Below are positions 47,688 to 60,244 of a stretch of 64,000 nucleotides of DNA, piece by piece (position 1 is the first letter of the stretch; every line of letters starts with the position of its first letter). This stretch comes from Pikeienuella sp. GTDB taxonomy: Bacteria > Pseudomonadota > Alphaproteobacteria > Rhodobacterales > Rhodobacteraceae. Both the position numbers and the translations under genes were made by a program. The notes under the pieces are model-generated. The model ran no database searches and was not told the origin of the DNA. It worked only from the letters and a program-made list of their open reading frames with translations. The DNA lies in contig JBMYPG010000003.1 in assembly GCA_049600095.1 (NCBI GenBank), positions 3,065-67,064 on the forward strand. The letters run 5' to 3'.

Positions 47688-48703
47688 TGTCAGACGCGTT
47701 ACGCCCCCTCATCGGCAAGGCCGCCGAAGGCCCCCTTAGCAGCAGTGAAGCTGAGGCCGCTTTCGATGCAATCATGTCTGGTGACGCAACACCTGCGCAA
47801 ATCGGCGGTTTTTTGATGGCGCTGCGAACGCGTGGCGAAACGGTTGATGAATATGCGGCAGCGGCGGCAGTCATGCGTGCCAAGGCCAACCATGTTTCTG
47901 GCGCTAGCGATGCGATGGATATCGTGGGAACGGGTGGCGACGGCAAGCACACCCTTAACATATCAACCGCCACTGCCTTTGTTGTGGCTGGGACAGGCGT
48001 AAAAGTCGCCAAACACGGCAACAAGGCGCTCAGTTCAAAATCCGGCACCGCAGATGCGCTGACCGAGATGGGCGTGAATGTGATGGTAGAGGCACAAGTG
48101 GCAGAGCGTGCTTTGTCGACATGTGGCATCTGCTTCATGATGGCACCGATGCATCACCCTGCAATGCGTTTTGTAGGCCCAGCGCGTGTTGAACTGGGTA
48201 CAAGAACAATTTTCAACATCCTTGGCCCACTAACCAACCCGGCGGGCGCGCCGCGCCAACTGACCGGCGCATTCTCACCCGATTTGATTCGCCCCATGGC
48301 AGAAGTTTTGCAAAAACTTGGATCAGAGAAGGCATGGTTGGTGCATGGCGGCGATGGCACTGATGAATTGTCTATTGCGGCACCATCCCGCGTTGCCGCT
48401 TTGGCAGATGGCGCTGTCACCGAGTTCGAAATCTCACCCGAAGATGCCGGTTTACCCGTGCATCCGTTTGAGGCCATCGTCGGTGGTACGGCGGCGGATA
48501 ATGCCGCTGCTTTCCGTCGGTTGTTGGATGGTGAAGCAAGCGCCTATCGCGACGCGGTACTGTTAAACTCAGCCGCCGCACTGATCGTCGCTGATCGAGT
48601 GAATAACTTGAAAGATGGTGTTGCAATGGCCGTTGAAAGTATCGACAGCGGTGCAGCAAAATCCAAGATCGAAGCCTTGGCTGCAATCACGTCGGCAAGC
48701 TGA
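47687..48703 (+). CDS. trpD: Anthranilate phosphoribosyltransferase
   Basis: [30 protein letters not shown]. Confidence 0.97.
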   Translation: MSDALRPLIGKAAEGPLSSSEAEAAFDAIMSGDATPAQIGGFLMALRTRGETVDEYAAAAAVMRAKANHVSGASDAMDIVGTGGDGKHTLNISTATAFVVAGTGVKVAKHGNKALSSKSGTADALTEMGVNVMVEAQVAERALSTCGICFMMAPMHHPAMRFVGPARVELGTRTIFNILGPLTNPAGAPRQLTGAFSPDLIRPMAEVLQKLGSEKAWLVHGGDGTDELSIAAPSRVAALADGAVTEFEISPEDAGLPVHPFEAIVGGTAADNAAAFRRLLDGEASAYRDAVLLNSAAALIVADRVNNLKDGVAMAVESIDSGAAKSKIEALAAITSAS

Positions 48704-48819
48704 ATCTTTTAGTGGGTTAGGTATTCCCGGAATCCCTACGAAGTTTCAGGCTGTGCCTTGCTAGTTAAGTAGGCAATTTCGGGCCAAAAACCGGGCAGAT
48801 GTCTAAATTCGACAAATGA

Positions 48820-50584
<1,765 letters not shown>

Positions 50585-50601
50585 TGCCCCGCATTTACAG
50601 C

Positions 50602-52017
50602 CTAAAGCCCCTTGGCGCGATAGGCGTCAGCAACTCGTTGGATCGACACCAGATAAGCAGCGGTACGCAAATCCTCCACCGCTGGATTGTTGCGCCACAC
50701 TTCTGCAATGGCCTGATAGGCAATGCGCATTGTGTCATCCAACCCAGATCGTACCAATGTCAGTTCATCAGCACCGCGCAGGTATTTCTCGCGGAAACCT
50801 TCGGAAACAGCTTTTCCGGTTAACTGCTCCAACTCATCAATCAACATGCTATGACGCGATTCTTCCTGACGACGTTGCATTCGACCGAACCGAATATGGC
50901 TTAGGTTTTTCACCCATTCAAAATATGAAACAGTTACGCCGCCGGCGTTAGCATACATATCGGGAATGATTACGACGCCACGTTTGCGCAATATCTCATC
51001 AGCACCAGCCGTCACAGGCCCGTTCGCTGCCTCGATAATCAAGGAGGTGTTGATCCGTTCAACATTGGAAAGATTGATCACGCCTTCAAACGCCGCGGGA
51101 ATGAGGATGTCACAAGCGCTTTCCAACACGGCGGCACTATTGGGGAAATACTCGCCAATAGGGCAACCTTTTACGCCGCCATTAGCATTCAGGTATTCCT
51201 TAACCCGTTCGACATCCAACCCATCTGGATCGTGAAGAGCACCATCGCGTTCAATGATGCCGGTTATTTTTGAGTCATCTTCTTCCTGAAGAAATTTTGC
51301 AGCATGGTAACCCACATTGCCCAAACCCTGAACGATGACTCTTTTTCCGGCCAGTTTGCCGCTCATTCCAGCCTTTTTTACATCCTCAGGATGGCGGAAA
51401 AACTCTTGCAATGCGTATTGGACACCCCGGCCTGTTGCCTCTACCCGGCCGCGAATACCATGAAATTCAACAGGCTTGCCCGTAACACAGGCACTTGAGT
51501 CGATTTCTGTGGTGTTCATTCGGCTGAATTGGTCTGCAATCCACGCCATCTCACGTTCACCTGTCCCCATATCCGGTGCCGGTACGTTTTGGCTGGGGTG
51601 GATCAAGTCGCGCTTTATCAACTCAAACGCAAAGCGTCGAGTAATTCGTTCTAACTCGTCGGCGGTCCATTCAGTCGGATCAATACATAAGCCGCCTTTT
51701 GAGCCACCAAACGGTGTTTCAACCAAAGCGCATTTATAGGTCATCAAAGCGGCCAGCGCTTCGACCTCATTCTGGTTTACACTTGGAGCGAAGCGAATGC
51801 CGCCCTTCACTGGTTCCATATGCTCCGAATGGACAGAACGGTATCCGGTGAAAGTATGAATTCCCCCGCGCAATTTCACACCGAACCGAACAGTATAGGT
51901 GGAATTACAAACCCGGATTTTCTCTTCTAACCCCGGAGAAAGGTCCATAAGCGCCACTGCGCGGTTAAACATTAGGTCTACACTGTCACGAAAACTCGGT
52001 TCTTTGATCGGAGACAT
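50602..52017 (-). CDS. gdhA: Glutamate dehydrogenase (Glu/Leu/Phe/Val family)
   Basis: PVKGGIRF, MTYKCA, FGGSKGG, VPAPDMGT, TGKP, QGLGNVG, EAANGP, NAGGVTVSYFEW. Confidence 0.9.
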   Translation of the reverse strand: MSPIKEPSFRDSVDLMFNRAVALMDLSPGLEEKIRVCNSTYTVRFGVKLRGGIHTFTGYRSVHSEHMEPVKGGIRFAPSVNQNEVEALAALMTYKCALVETPFGGSKGGLCIDPTEWTADELERITRRFAFELIKRDLIHPSQNVPAPDMGTGEREMAWIADQFSRMNTTEIDSSACVTGKPVEFHGIRGRVEATGRGVQYALQEFFRHPEDVKKAGMSGKLAGKRVIVQGLGNVGYHAAKFLQEEDDSKITGIIERDGALHDPDGLDVERVKEYLNANGGVKGCPIGEYFPNSAAVLESACDILIPAAFEGVINLSNVERINTSLIIEAANGPVTAGADEILRKRGVVIIPDMYANAGGVTVSYFEWVKNLSHIRFGRMQRRQEESRHSMLIDELEQLTGKAVSEGFREKYLRGADELTLVRSGLDDTMRIAYQAIAEVWRNNPAVEDLRTAAYLVSIQRVADAYRAKGL

Positions 52018-52129
52018 TTCGTCTGTTCCTGTGATTACGATGACTATCTGCACCTGTGACGGTATTCGGCGCTATTTACAGCGTAAAGTCATCAATAATC
52101 TTGAGATATGGCGTAACGAAGGGGAATAT

Positions 52130-53683
52130 CTATCCCGCTCGCAGCAAATCAGACAGCCGAGAACGGAACATGTCTTTTAGTAACTTCATGCGATCTTGTT
52201 CTTGAGCGGCGGACATTGCACCCTCTGCTTTCGATTTTTCATTGTCCAGCGCCATTCGCGCGCTCGTCTCCAGCAACTTTTCCATCACCTCTGGGTCTTC
52301 ATCGGCGAAAGCTGCGAAATCCGCAGCTGATACCTCATAAGTCAAGCAAGGTGCCCCCGCCCGCAGCGTGGCAGAGCGTGGCTGGTTCATCGCCAAGGCC
52401 ATAAAACCGACCAGCGAAGGGGCCTCTATGGTTGCGACCTTACTTTCAGCCCCTTCAATTTCGACAAATGCATCCAGCGCGCCCCGAACCAGCAAAAACA
52501 CTGATCCACTTTCCTCGCCTGCCGCTATCACCCGTTCGTGCTTGCCGAAGACCCGCAATTCAGCCCGCGCACGCAGGCGCTCCACCTCATCCGCTTCCAG
52601 CCCACTGAATTCTTCCACTCCCTGACAGGCTGCACGAAACTCCTCTGCCTCCGGGTCAGCTTCGATCAGGCTGGCACCGTGAATACGTTCTGCCCTGTCC
52701 CAATCAGTTAGATAGGCGTGACTGCGGTTATAGCTGAACGCCACACCCCGTTTTTTGAACGCATACCAAAGCAAGTTGGCGATTTCGGGCTGGGCGGGCC
52801 AGTGTTGCCTCTCTTCGGTGAAATAATACAATGTCACTTCATGGCCGAATTCGCTGTATCCGGTGAACGAAGTGAAATGTTTACGCCGTTTATCCGTCAG
52901 CTTTGATTGACCCATCGCTTCGTCAATCGCCTCGCTGATGACACTTGGCGGTGTGTTAGCGTCAGCCGAGAAACGGAAGGGGTGGCGCAGTGGGTCTTTT
53001 TGGCCAGTGATGTTGGCAAAAGGCTTCTTGATCAGCACTGAATTGGGAAAATAGACCCGACGTCCGTCACGGCCCAATGTTTCGGTGACACGCCAGTTCT
53101 GGTCAACAACCTCATACCAACCGCCGTCGACTTCCAGCACATCGCCGATTTTAAACACTGGAGAGGCAGCCATGGACATGCCCGCCAGTAAATCGCCTAA
53201 CACCGATTGCGCCGCATAACCCAGCACAACGGCCACTACGCCAGAGGCGGCGATGAGTCCGGTGATCGACTGGCCATATACCCAACCGACAACGACAGCA
53301 GAGGCGAGCAGCATGACCAGGGCGGTAAAGCACCCACGCGCCAAACGGGGCGGCGGAGCACCGCCCCCAGCCACCAGCACGCCATCCCAAATGAAATGAC
53401 GCCAAAGTCGGTCAAACAGAAAGCCAGATGAAATGACGACTAGGGCGGTTAGGAACGGCCTCACGCCCTCTGGTCGCCATTCGAATTGATAGGCGATTAA
53501 GGGCATTGCCACATCGCGGAACAGATATAAGAAGCCGAGCAATTGCAGAGAAAATACAAGCAGGTTGATCCGCCGTTTGGTGAGCCCGCTGATCAATGTC
53601 AGCGTCATCCACCCAGCGATGACGAGGCACAATACCCCGCCAATGACATTCAGGTCGCCAAATACGCTTGCATCGCCGTTCAT
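52130..53683 (-). CDS. MscS-family channel with C-terminal cyclic-nucleotide-binding domain (bCNG-like)
   Basis: LGYAAQSVLGDLLAG, FKIGD, NWRVT, FPNS; C-terminal GEESGSVFLLVRG...PRSATLRA. Confidence 0.88.
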   Translation of the reverse strand: MNGDASVFGDLNVIGGVLCLVIAGWMTLTLISGLTKRRINLLVFSLQLLGFLYLFRDVAMPLIAYQFEWRPEGVRPFLTALVVISSGFLFDRLWRHFIWDGVLVAGGGAPPPRLARGCFTALVMLLASAVVVGWVYGQSITGLIAASGVVAVVLGYAAQSVLGDLLAGMSMAASPVFKIGDVLEVDGGWYEVVDQNWRVTETLGRDGRRVYFPNSVLIKKPFANITGQKDPLRHPFRFSADANTPPSVISEAIDEAMGQSKLTDKRRKHFTSFTGYSEFGHEVTLYYFTEERQHWPAQPEIANLLWYAFKKRGVAFSYNRSHAYLTDWDRAERIHGASLIEADPEAEEFRAACQGVEEFSGLEADEVERLRARAELRVFGKHERVIAAGEESGSVFLLVRGALDAFVEIEGAESKVATIEAPSLVGFMALAMNQPRSATLRAGAPCLTYEVSAADFAAFADEDPEVMEKLLETSARMALDNEKSKAEGAMSAAQEQDRMKLLKDMFRSRLSDLLRAG

Positions 53684-53745
53684 CCAAACCTCCGACGTAT
53701 AGTTAGGCGGCGGCAAAGGCGTGGCGTCAAGCGTAAGCTGTTACA

Positions 53746-54381
53746 TCAGTCGGCTTGGGGCAGCATCCTTTCCAGAAATGCCATTGCACCAGCAATTGCG
53801 TGTTCTGCGTGAAAAGTGTCAGGAAACAGGTGCACACGTTGGTAATAACCATCGGTTAGGGTTTCGAGCCAGTCCGCCAGTTCATCAGCGCCGTCAACCT
53901 GTTCTGGCGGGAACAATACCCGACAAACGCCCTGCACCATGGCTGCGCGGTTAGCATCAAACTTCGCCGTTACTTCTGCATATTGGGGCGTGGCCCGTTG
54001 CTCTCCCCAAAACGCAAACCAGACCGCCAGAGTATTCGGATTGCAGACAGATGGGTGGAAATCGGCCTCAACCAACGCATTCAAGCGATCCAATGGAGCA
54101 TCTCCAGCGGTCGCCAATGCAGCGACCCAATTTGCCTCATAGCTTTCATATAAGTCGACCAGCAGGGCGGTCAGCAACGCGTTTTTGGTTTTGTAATAGA
54201 AAACCGCCACCCCCTGAGACAGGTCAGCCTCTGCTGTCACCGTTGCCAATGTGGTTTTGGCCAACCCATGTTTCACAACAGATCGGTACGCAGCATCAAG
54301 TAACTGCCGTTTTCGCCTATCGGCATTCTGTGCATCCTTGCCGCGTGGTCTGCCCCTGCGTGGCGTCGTCTTCTCTGCCAT
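53746..54381 (-). CDS. TetR family regulator with BetI-like C-terminal domain
   Basis: RKRQLLDAA, TTLATVTAEADLSQG..FYYKTK, VWFAFWGE. Confidence 0.92.
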   Translation of the reverse strand: MAEKTTPRRGRPRGKDAQNADRRKRQLLDAAYRSVVKHGLAKTTLATVTAEADLSQGVAVFYYKTKNALLTALLVDLYESYEANWVAALATAGDAPLDRLNALVEADFHPSVCNPNTLAVWFAFWGEQRATPQYAEVTAKFDANRAAMVQGVCRVLFPPEQVDGADELADWLETLTDGYYQRVHLFPDTFHAEHAIAGAMAFLERMLPQAD

Positions 54382-54402
54382 ATCAGCCTTATTTATTTTA
54401 TC

Positions 54403-54412
54403 TGAGCGCTCA
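54403..54412. promoter_or_regulatory. Putative TetR operator
   Basis: Perfect palindrome TGAGCGCTCA in the AT-rich divergent intergenic region. Confidence 0.55.
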
Positions 54413-54474
54413 ATTTAATTATTGCCTCATTTATGGGATCGCGTAAAGTCACCATCGGAAAAAGGATCAAGATC

Positions 54475-55839
54475 ATGAACGCGCCACAGACACCGAACCA
54501 TCCCGATGCCGAAACCCTGCGTGAATGGGACCGGACCCATCAAATTCACCCCTGGGCGGCGATGGATTCATGGCGCGGTTATGACAATATGCTGATGCAG
54601 TCGGCTGACGGCATTTACCTGTGGGATGCTGACGGCAGACGGTACATCGATGGTCCCGGCGGCATGTGGTGCACGCAGATTGGATATGGCCGCCGTGACA
54701 TGGCCGACGCTATCGCAACTCAGGTAATGAAACTGCCCTACACCTCGCCGTTCACCAACAGCAGCGAACCCTCGGCAGTGTTAGCCAAAAAAATCGCCGA
54801 CATGGCACCCGGTGATCTGAACAATGTGTTTTTCACGACAGGCGGTTCCACTGCCGTCGACAGCGCGCTGCGTACCATGCAGTACATGAATAACCGTCTT
54901 GGTCGTCCGGAAAAAAAGATCATTCTGGCGCGGGAAAAAGGCTACCACGGCTCCACCTACCTAGCTCATTCAGTTACGGGCAAAGAACGTGACAAAAGCC
55001 ATTTTGATTTTGAGTCTCGTTTGGTGCGTTTTTTGCCAGATGTGAACCCATATCGCCGCCCCGAAGGCGTAACGGTTGAGCAATGGTGTGATCAGAAAGT
55101 CGCCGATCTGGAAAACATGATTGCAGAGGTGGGGGCTGACAAAATCGGTGCCTTTATCGCCGAACCAATCCTAAGCTCTGGCGGTGTGATTGTGCCGCCA
55201 CCCGGCTATCATCGCCGCACGTTAGAGGTCTGCCGTGCTAATGACATCCTCTATATCTCTGACGAGGTTGTCACCGGTTTTGGCCGCCTTGGTCATTGGT
55301 TCTGCTCAGAAGACGTGTTTGATATTCAGCCCGACATGATCACTTGCGCTAAGGGCTTAACCTCTGGCTATCTGCCGCTTGGTGCTTGCATCGTTTCTGA
55401 CAGCGTGATGCAGCGGATTAGTGGTGGCGAAGGCCCCTCTGTCTATACCAACGGCTATACCTATTCTGGCCATCCGGTAAGCTGCGTCGCTGCGCTAAAG
55501 AACATTGATATTATGGAGGATGAAGGCATCCTCGAAAATGTTCGGGCTGTAACTCCGCAATTTCAGGATCGCCTGCACGCCCTTACCCGATTCGATATTG
55601 TTGGCGATGTGCGCGGCATGGGCTTGCTTGGTTGTATAGAGGGCAAGGCTGAGGATTTGGAGGCCGAGCGGTCACTAGGCTCGCGAATCGATGAAGCTTG
55701 CGAAAAACGGGGCCTAATTGTCCGTCCGCTAATTAATATGGCTGTTTTTTCACCGCCATTGATCATAACTCCGGCCCAGATCGACGAAATGTTCGATATT
55801 CTTGAGGCCGCATTGACCGAGGTGCAGGCAAGCCTCTAG
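54475..55839 (+). CDS. Aminotransferase class III (omega-amine/polyamine transaminase-like)
   Basis: [47 protein letters not shown]. Confidence 0.94.
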   Translation: MNAPQTPNHPDAETLREWDRTHQIHPWAAMDSWRGYDNMLMQSADGIYLWDADGRRYIDGPGGMWCTQIGYGRRDMADAIATQVMKLPYTSPFTNSSEPSAVLAKKIADMAPGDLNNVFFTTGGSTAVDSALRTMQYMNNRLGRPEKKIILAREKGYHGSTYLAHSVTGKERDKSHFDFESRLVRFLPDVNPYRRPEGVTVEQWCDQKVADLENMIAEVGADKIGAFIAEPILSSGGVIVPPPGYHRRTLEVCRANDILYISDEVVTGFGRLGHWFCSEDVFDIQPDMITCAKGLTSGYLPLGACIVSDSVMQRISGGEGPSVYTNGYTYSGHPVSCVAALKNIDIMEDEGILENVRAVTPQFQDRLHALTRFDIVGDVRGMGLLGCIEGKAEDLEAERSLGSRIDEACEKRGLIVRPLINMAVFSPPLIITPAQIDEMFDILEAALTEVQASL

Positions 55840-55844
55840 CCCCC

Positions 55845-55873
55845 TTGCACCAAAGCCGTAGCTGGCCTATATC
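55845..55873 (+). promoter_or_regulatory. Sigma70-type promoter of rpmI-rplT
   Basis: TTGCAC-17 bp-TATATC. Confidence 0.65.
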
Positions 55874-55948
55874 CCGCGCTCCAATGGACCTCCGGCGAAA
55901 AGGGCTGCCGAGGGGTTCACCGACGATCTCAAGACTAAGGAGACCGAA

Positions 55949-56146
55949 ATGCCCAAGATGAAGACAAAGTCAGGCGCTAAAAAGCGCTTTCGGCTTACCG
56001 CTAGCGGTAAAGTTCGCGGCCAGCAGGCTGGTAAACGCCACGGAATGATCAAACGGACGAATAAATTCCTCCGTAATGCTCGGGGTACGACAATCTTGTC
56101 AGACGCCGATGCGAAGATCGTTAAAAAATTCCTTCCTTACGGCTAA
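55949..56146 (+). CDS. rpmI: 50S ribosomal protein L35
   Basis: [14 protein letters not shown]; SD AAGGAG. Confidence 0.98.
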   Translation: MPKMKTKSGAKKRFRLTASGKVRGQQAGKRHGMIKRTNKFLRNARGTTILSDADAKIVKKFLPYG

Positions 56147-56161
56147 GCTGGGAGACCCGAA

Positions 56162-56524
56162 ATGTCACGAGTAAAACGCGGCGTCACAACCCACGCCCGC
56201 CACGCCAAAATCCGTAAAGCCGCCAAAGGTTACTACGGTCGCCGGAAAAACGTTATCCGCGTCGCCAAACAGGCGGTGGATAAAGCACAAGAATACGCAA
56301 CACGCGACCGCAAGGCCCGCAAGCGTAGCTTCCGCGCCCTTTGGATTCAGCGCATCAACGCCGCTGTTCGCGCCCATGACGAAAGCCTGACATACAGCCG
56401 TTTCATCAACGGTCTGTCAGTTGCTGGCATCGAAGTTGACCGTAAGGTCCTCGCCGATCTGGCCGTACATGAGCCTGCTGCATTCGGCGCTATCGTGGAT
56501 CAGGCGAAAGCTGCGCTGAACTAA
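56162..56524 (+). CDS. rplT: 50S ribosomal protein L20
   Basis: [36 protein letters not shown]. Confidence 0.98.
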   Translation: MSRVKRGVTTHARHAKIRKAAKGYYGRRKNVIRVAKQAVDKAQEYATRDRKARKRSFRALWIQRINAAVRAHDESLTYSRFINGLSVAGIEVDRKVLADLAVHEPAAFGAIVDQAKAALN

Positions 56525-56548
56525 TCAGTTCGCGAGATTCGATTTAGG

Positions 56549-56585
56549 AAAACGCCCGTGCATTGTGCGGGCGTTTTTTATTTTT
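56549..56585 (+). terminator. Rho-independent terminator after rplT
   Basis: AAAACGCCCGTGC-att-GTGCGGGCG-TTTTTT. Confidence 0.9.
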
Positions 56586-56653
56586 CAGTTATCATTCAGC
56601 TTGCGCCACACCCATTCGACTGAATAACTCCAATCGTTGTTACGGGAGTACTC

Positions 56654-57505
56654 ATGCGGGTGAAGGTTAACGGCGTTTGGCTGTATTTTGATGTCGAGGG
56701 TGCAGGGATTGTCCCTGATGGCCCAGCATTACGTGAGCGACCAACACTCATATTACTACATGGTGGACCGGGTGTTGATCATTCGGTGTTCAAACCCGAT
56801 TGGGGTCAGCTATCTGATTGTGCCCAAATCATCTATCTGGACCACCGGGGGAATGGCCGCAGTGACGATGGCGACCCTGCGGATTGGAACCTAGCGCAAT
56901 GGGGAGATGATGTACGTGGATTCTGTGATGCGCTCGACATCCACAAACCCATTATTTGTGGCGTATCCTTTGGCGGTTTTGTAGCCCAATCATATGCCAC
57001 CCGTCATCCCGGCCACGCTGCTGGGCTGATTTTGGTCAGTACAGCCGCTCGTTTTGATTTCCCGACAATGTTCGACGCCTTTGATCGGCTTGGGGGCCCA
57101 GCGGCTCGAACAGCGGCCGAAGCATATTGGTTGCGCCCAACACCAGAATCGAGAACGCACTATGGAGAAGTTTGTGTGCCTCTGTACCAACAGTGTACCA
57201 TCGACCCAGACTGGTTGGCCCGGATTGACCTTAAAGACGATGTTGCAATGCGTTTTGTTGGCCCTGATCAGGAAATGGGCCAGATGGATTTCCGCAATGA
57301 CCTTGCAAACCTAACAATGCCGATCCTCATCCTCTCAGGCCGCGACGACCCGATTACACCGCCTGAGTTTAGCCGGGAGATCTATAACTGCGCGCCAACC
57401 GGCTTGCGTCAGGTCATCGAATATGACGATTGTGGTCACGGCGTCACCGCCGACCGACCAGAACAAGCATTCGCAACCATTCGCGAATTCATAATCAACT
57501 GCTAA
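56654..57505 (+). CDS. Alpha/beta hydrolase (proline iminopeptidase-like)
   Basis: LLHGGPG, DHRGNGRS, GVSFGG, CGH. Confidence 0.88.
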   Translation: MRVKVNGVWLYFDVEGAGIVPDGPALRERPTLILLHGGPGVDHSVFKPDWGQLSDCAQIIYLDHRGNGRSDDGDPADWNLAQWGDDVRGFCDALDIHKPIICGVSFGGFVAQSYATRHPGHAAGLILVSTAARFDFPTMFDAFDRLGGPAARTAAEAYWLRPTPESRTHYGEVCVPLYQQCTIDPDWLARIDLKDDVAMRFVGPDQEMGQMDFRNDLANLTMPILILSGRDDPITPPEFSREIYNCAPTGLRQVIEYDDCGHGVTADRPEQAFATIREFIINC

Positions 57506-57519
57506 CCCGACGGGGCCGC

Positions 57520-59043
57520 ATGACACAGACAACTTTCTTTGCCGACCCCGACCAACGCGTTGATCGCGACCAGCTAGAAGCACTAGGTGCAAAAGGCGCA
57601 GGGGCATTGGCGGCGCTTGGTGTTCAGCCCGACGATGTGGTTGCAGTGATCATGCGCAACGACCTACTTCATATAGAGCTTATGCGCGCTGTGGCTCTCG
57701 CGGGCGCCACGCTGTGCCCGCTGAACTGGCACAGTGCAGCGCAAGAGGTTGAGGCAATTCTATCAGATTGCTCGCCCAAAGCCGTTTTGATTCACCGCGA
57801 TCTGGTTGAGCCGCTGGTTGCTGTGCTTGCGGGTCATAATGTTGTCGCCATAACGCCGGATGCCGCTATCACAGCAGCCTATAGTGGCGACGCGGACGCC
57901 CATCCTGAGTTGCCAGAGTGGTCCAATCTGCGTGATGCCGCTGAGCCCGTCGTAGGGCGCACTAGAATGCGCCCCATGCTCCGCTATACCTCTGGGTCCA
58001 CAGGCATGCCCAAGGGCATCTTACGCAAGCATTCTGACCCCAATGTTTGTTACTACGAAACGCTGGCCAAAATCGGCACGGGCATGATGCGCATGCGCGA
58101 CGGTGGGCGCTTTCTAACCGCTGCGCCGTTGTATCATTCGGCACCATCCACCTTATCGGGCATGGCGTTGGCCATCGACGGTATGAACATGATGGTTCTG
58201 CCCCGGTTTGAGGCTGAGAGTTTTTTGGCAACCATCGAAGCTGAGAAGATCACTCATATCTACCTCGTGCCGACAATGATGGCTCGCCTGTTAAAGTTAC
58301 CTGACGATGTAAAATCCCGCTACGATCTTTCCTCAATCGAATTTTGTATCTCAACCGGATCGCCTTGGCCGCACGAAATCAAGGCGGCGATGATCGACTG
58401 GTGGGGCCCAGTGATGTGGGAGACTTATGGCGCGTCTGAATTAGGTTTCTTAACGCTGGTGAATTCCGAAGAAGCGCTGGCGAAACCAAACACTGCGGGG
58501 ACCATCCAAATGGGCGGATCAATCCTGATCCTTAATGAAAATGGCGACCCGCTGCCCGCCGGGGAAATCGGCGATATCTATATTCAGTTCAATCATTTTG
58601 GCGAATTTCAGTATTCCAACGCCGATGATGAGGCGATGCGTGCACGCGGTCATGTTGGCGTCGGCGACATGGGATGGTTGGATGAGGACGGCTATCTGTT
58701 CATTGCTGACCGCAAGAAAGACATGATCATTTCCGGCGGGGCAAACATCTTTCCCGCTGAAATTGAGGCGGCTTTGATCGAAGCGCCATTTGTGGCGGAT
58801 GTCGCAGTTTTCGGCGCGCCAGACCCAGAGTTTGGGGAACGCATCGTGGCTGCAATTCAACCGGAACCCGGCTCATCCCCAGACGATGCGGCGGTCAAGG
58901 AATGGCTAGGCACCAGGTTGGCCCGCTTCAAACATCCCCGAATTGTTGAATTTCACGACGCCTTGCCGCGCCACGACAGTGGCAAGATATTCAAACAACG
59001 CCTGCGCGCCCCACATTGGGAAGGGTCGGGGAGGAAGATCTGA
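57520..59043 (+). CDS. Acyl-CoA synthetase (AMP-binding)
   Basis: YTSGSTGMPKG, YGASE, GDMG, DRKKDMIISGG, SGK. Confidence 0.93.
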   Translation: MTQTTFFADPDQRVDRDQLEALGAKGAGALAALGVQPDDVVAVIMRNDLLHIELMRAVALAGATLCPLNWHSAAQEVEAILSDCSPKAVLIHRDLVEPLVAVLAGHNVVAITPDAAITAAYSGDADAHPELPEWSNLRDAAEPVVGRTRMRPMLRYTSGSTGMPKGILRKHSDPNVCYYETLAKIGTGMMRMRDGGRFLTAAPLYHSAPSTLSGMALAIDGMNMMVLPRFEAESFLATIEAEKITHIYLVPTMMARLLKLPDDVKSRYDLSSIEFCISTGSPWPHEIKAAMIDWWGPVMWETYGASELGFLTLVNSEEALAKPNTAGTIQMGGSILILNENGDPLPAGEIGDIYIQFNHFGEFQYSNADDEAMRARGHVGVGDMGWLDEDGYLFIADRKKDMIISGGANIFPAEIEAALIEAPFVADVAVFGAPDPEFGERIVAAIQPEPGSSPDDAAVKEWLGTRLARFKHPRIVEFHDALPRHDSGKIFKQRLRAPHWEGSGRKI

Positions 59044-59058
59044 GCCCAAAACTTAACA

Positions 59059-59088
59059 ACGCCCCCACCGGGTATCCGGTAGGGGCGT
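59059..59088. terminator. Stem-loop between convergent acyl-CoA synthetase and carD
   Basis: ACGCCCC-C-ACCGG-gtat-CCGGT-A-GGGGCGT. Confidence 0.75.
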
Positions 59089-59123
59089 CATCAAACGTCT
59101 AGCAGATAATGCGGAAGTACAGT

Positions 59124-59636
59124 TTAAGCCGCCGCTTTTTTCTCCAGCGCTGCATCAACAAGCTGAGACGCCTTTGTTTCGTCGATGCTTTCCACAGCAG
59201 CAACTTCGCGCGTTAAGCGTTCGATTGCTGCTTCGTAAAGCTGACGCTCTGAATATGACTGTTCTGGCTGATCTTCGCCGCGATGCAGGTCGCGAACGAC
59301 CTCTGCGATTGAGATCAGATCACCTGAGTTGATCTTTTGTTCATATTCCTGGGCGCGACGTGACCACATTGCCCGTTTCACACGTGCGCGGCCCGTCAAT
59401 GTTTCCAACGCTTTGCTGACAACATCAGGGCTGGACAATGAACGCATACCAACTGAGCCAGCTTTGGCTGTTGGCACTTTCAACGTCATCTTTTCCTTTT
59501 CGAAAGAGATCACGAATAGCTCCAGCATTACACCGGCAAATTCTTGCTCTTCGATAGTAACGATCCGTCCGACACCGTGGGCGGGGTAGACAACATAGTC
59601 ATTTGCGCGGAATTCGCCGCTTTTAACTTTACTCAT
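59124..59636 (-). CDS. carD: CarD/CdnL family transcription regulator
   Basis: VVYPAHGVG, LKVP, WSRRAQEYEQKINSG, AEVVRDL, SYSERQLYE. Confidence 0.95.
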   Translation of the reverse strand: MSKVKSGEFRANDYVVYPAHGVGRIVTIEEQEFAGVMLELFVISFEKEKMTLKVPTAKAGSVGMRSLSSPDVVSKALETLTGRARVKRAMWSRRAQEYEQKINSGDLISIAEVVRDLHRGEDQPEQSYSERQLYEAAIERLTREVAAVESIDETKASQLVDAALEKKAAA

Positions 59637-59905
59637 GATAACCCTTCGGTTCGCTCTCACCATTACTCGTAGAAAAACGCAAAAAACCTGCCCCCCACCA
59701 AAAAGGCGGGTGAACCGAGTTAAAAGCGTTTCGCTGGTGCCGCGCGTCTTTGCCAACGGCCTTCCCCTTGAAGGCATCAATCGCAGCGGCTCTGTAACGA
59801 GTATATAACAAAAAAAACGTGGATTCGCCACTATGTCGTGACGCAAACCACGCACTTGTGGCCTGATTACTTCACTTTCAGCCGAATTTAGGGGGAATTT
59901 TACCC

Positions 59906-60244
59906 TTAATCGCCCTTACCGGGGGCTTCAGAGAAGTATTTATCAAACTTGCCAGTTTCACCATCAAACTTTTCTGCATCCGGCTCTTGGTCTTTTTTCA
60001 ATGTAATGACTGGCCACAACTCCGCATATTTGGTGTTGATCTCCAGCCATTTTTCCAGCCCCGGCTCTGTGTCAGGTTTGATCGCGTCTGCGGGGCACTC
60101 AGGCTCACATACACCACAATCGATGCATTCATCTGGGTGGATGACCAGCATGTTTTCGCCTTCATAGAAACAATCTACGGGGCACACTTCTACGCAGTCG
60201 GTGTATTTGCACTTAATGCAGTTGTCGACGACGATATAGGTCAT
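59906..60244 (-). CDS. fdxA: Ferredoxin FdxA
   Basis: [38 protein letters not shown]. Confidence 0.96.
   Translation of the reverse strand: MTYIVVDNCIKCKYTDCVEVCPVDCFYEGENMLVIHPDECIDCGVCEPECPADAIKPDTEPGLEKWLEINTKYAELWPVITLKKDQEPDAEKFDGETGKFDKYFSEAPGKGD

Noticed and set aside
48710-48745. Weak inverted repeat after trpD
   Set aside because: Mismatched stem and no U-tract; not called as a terminator
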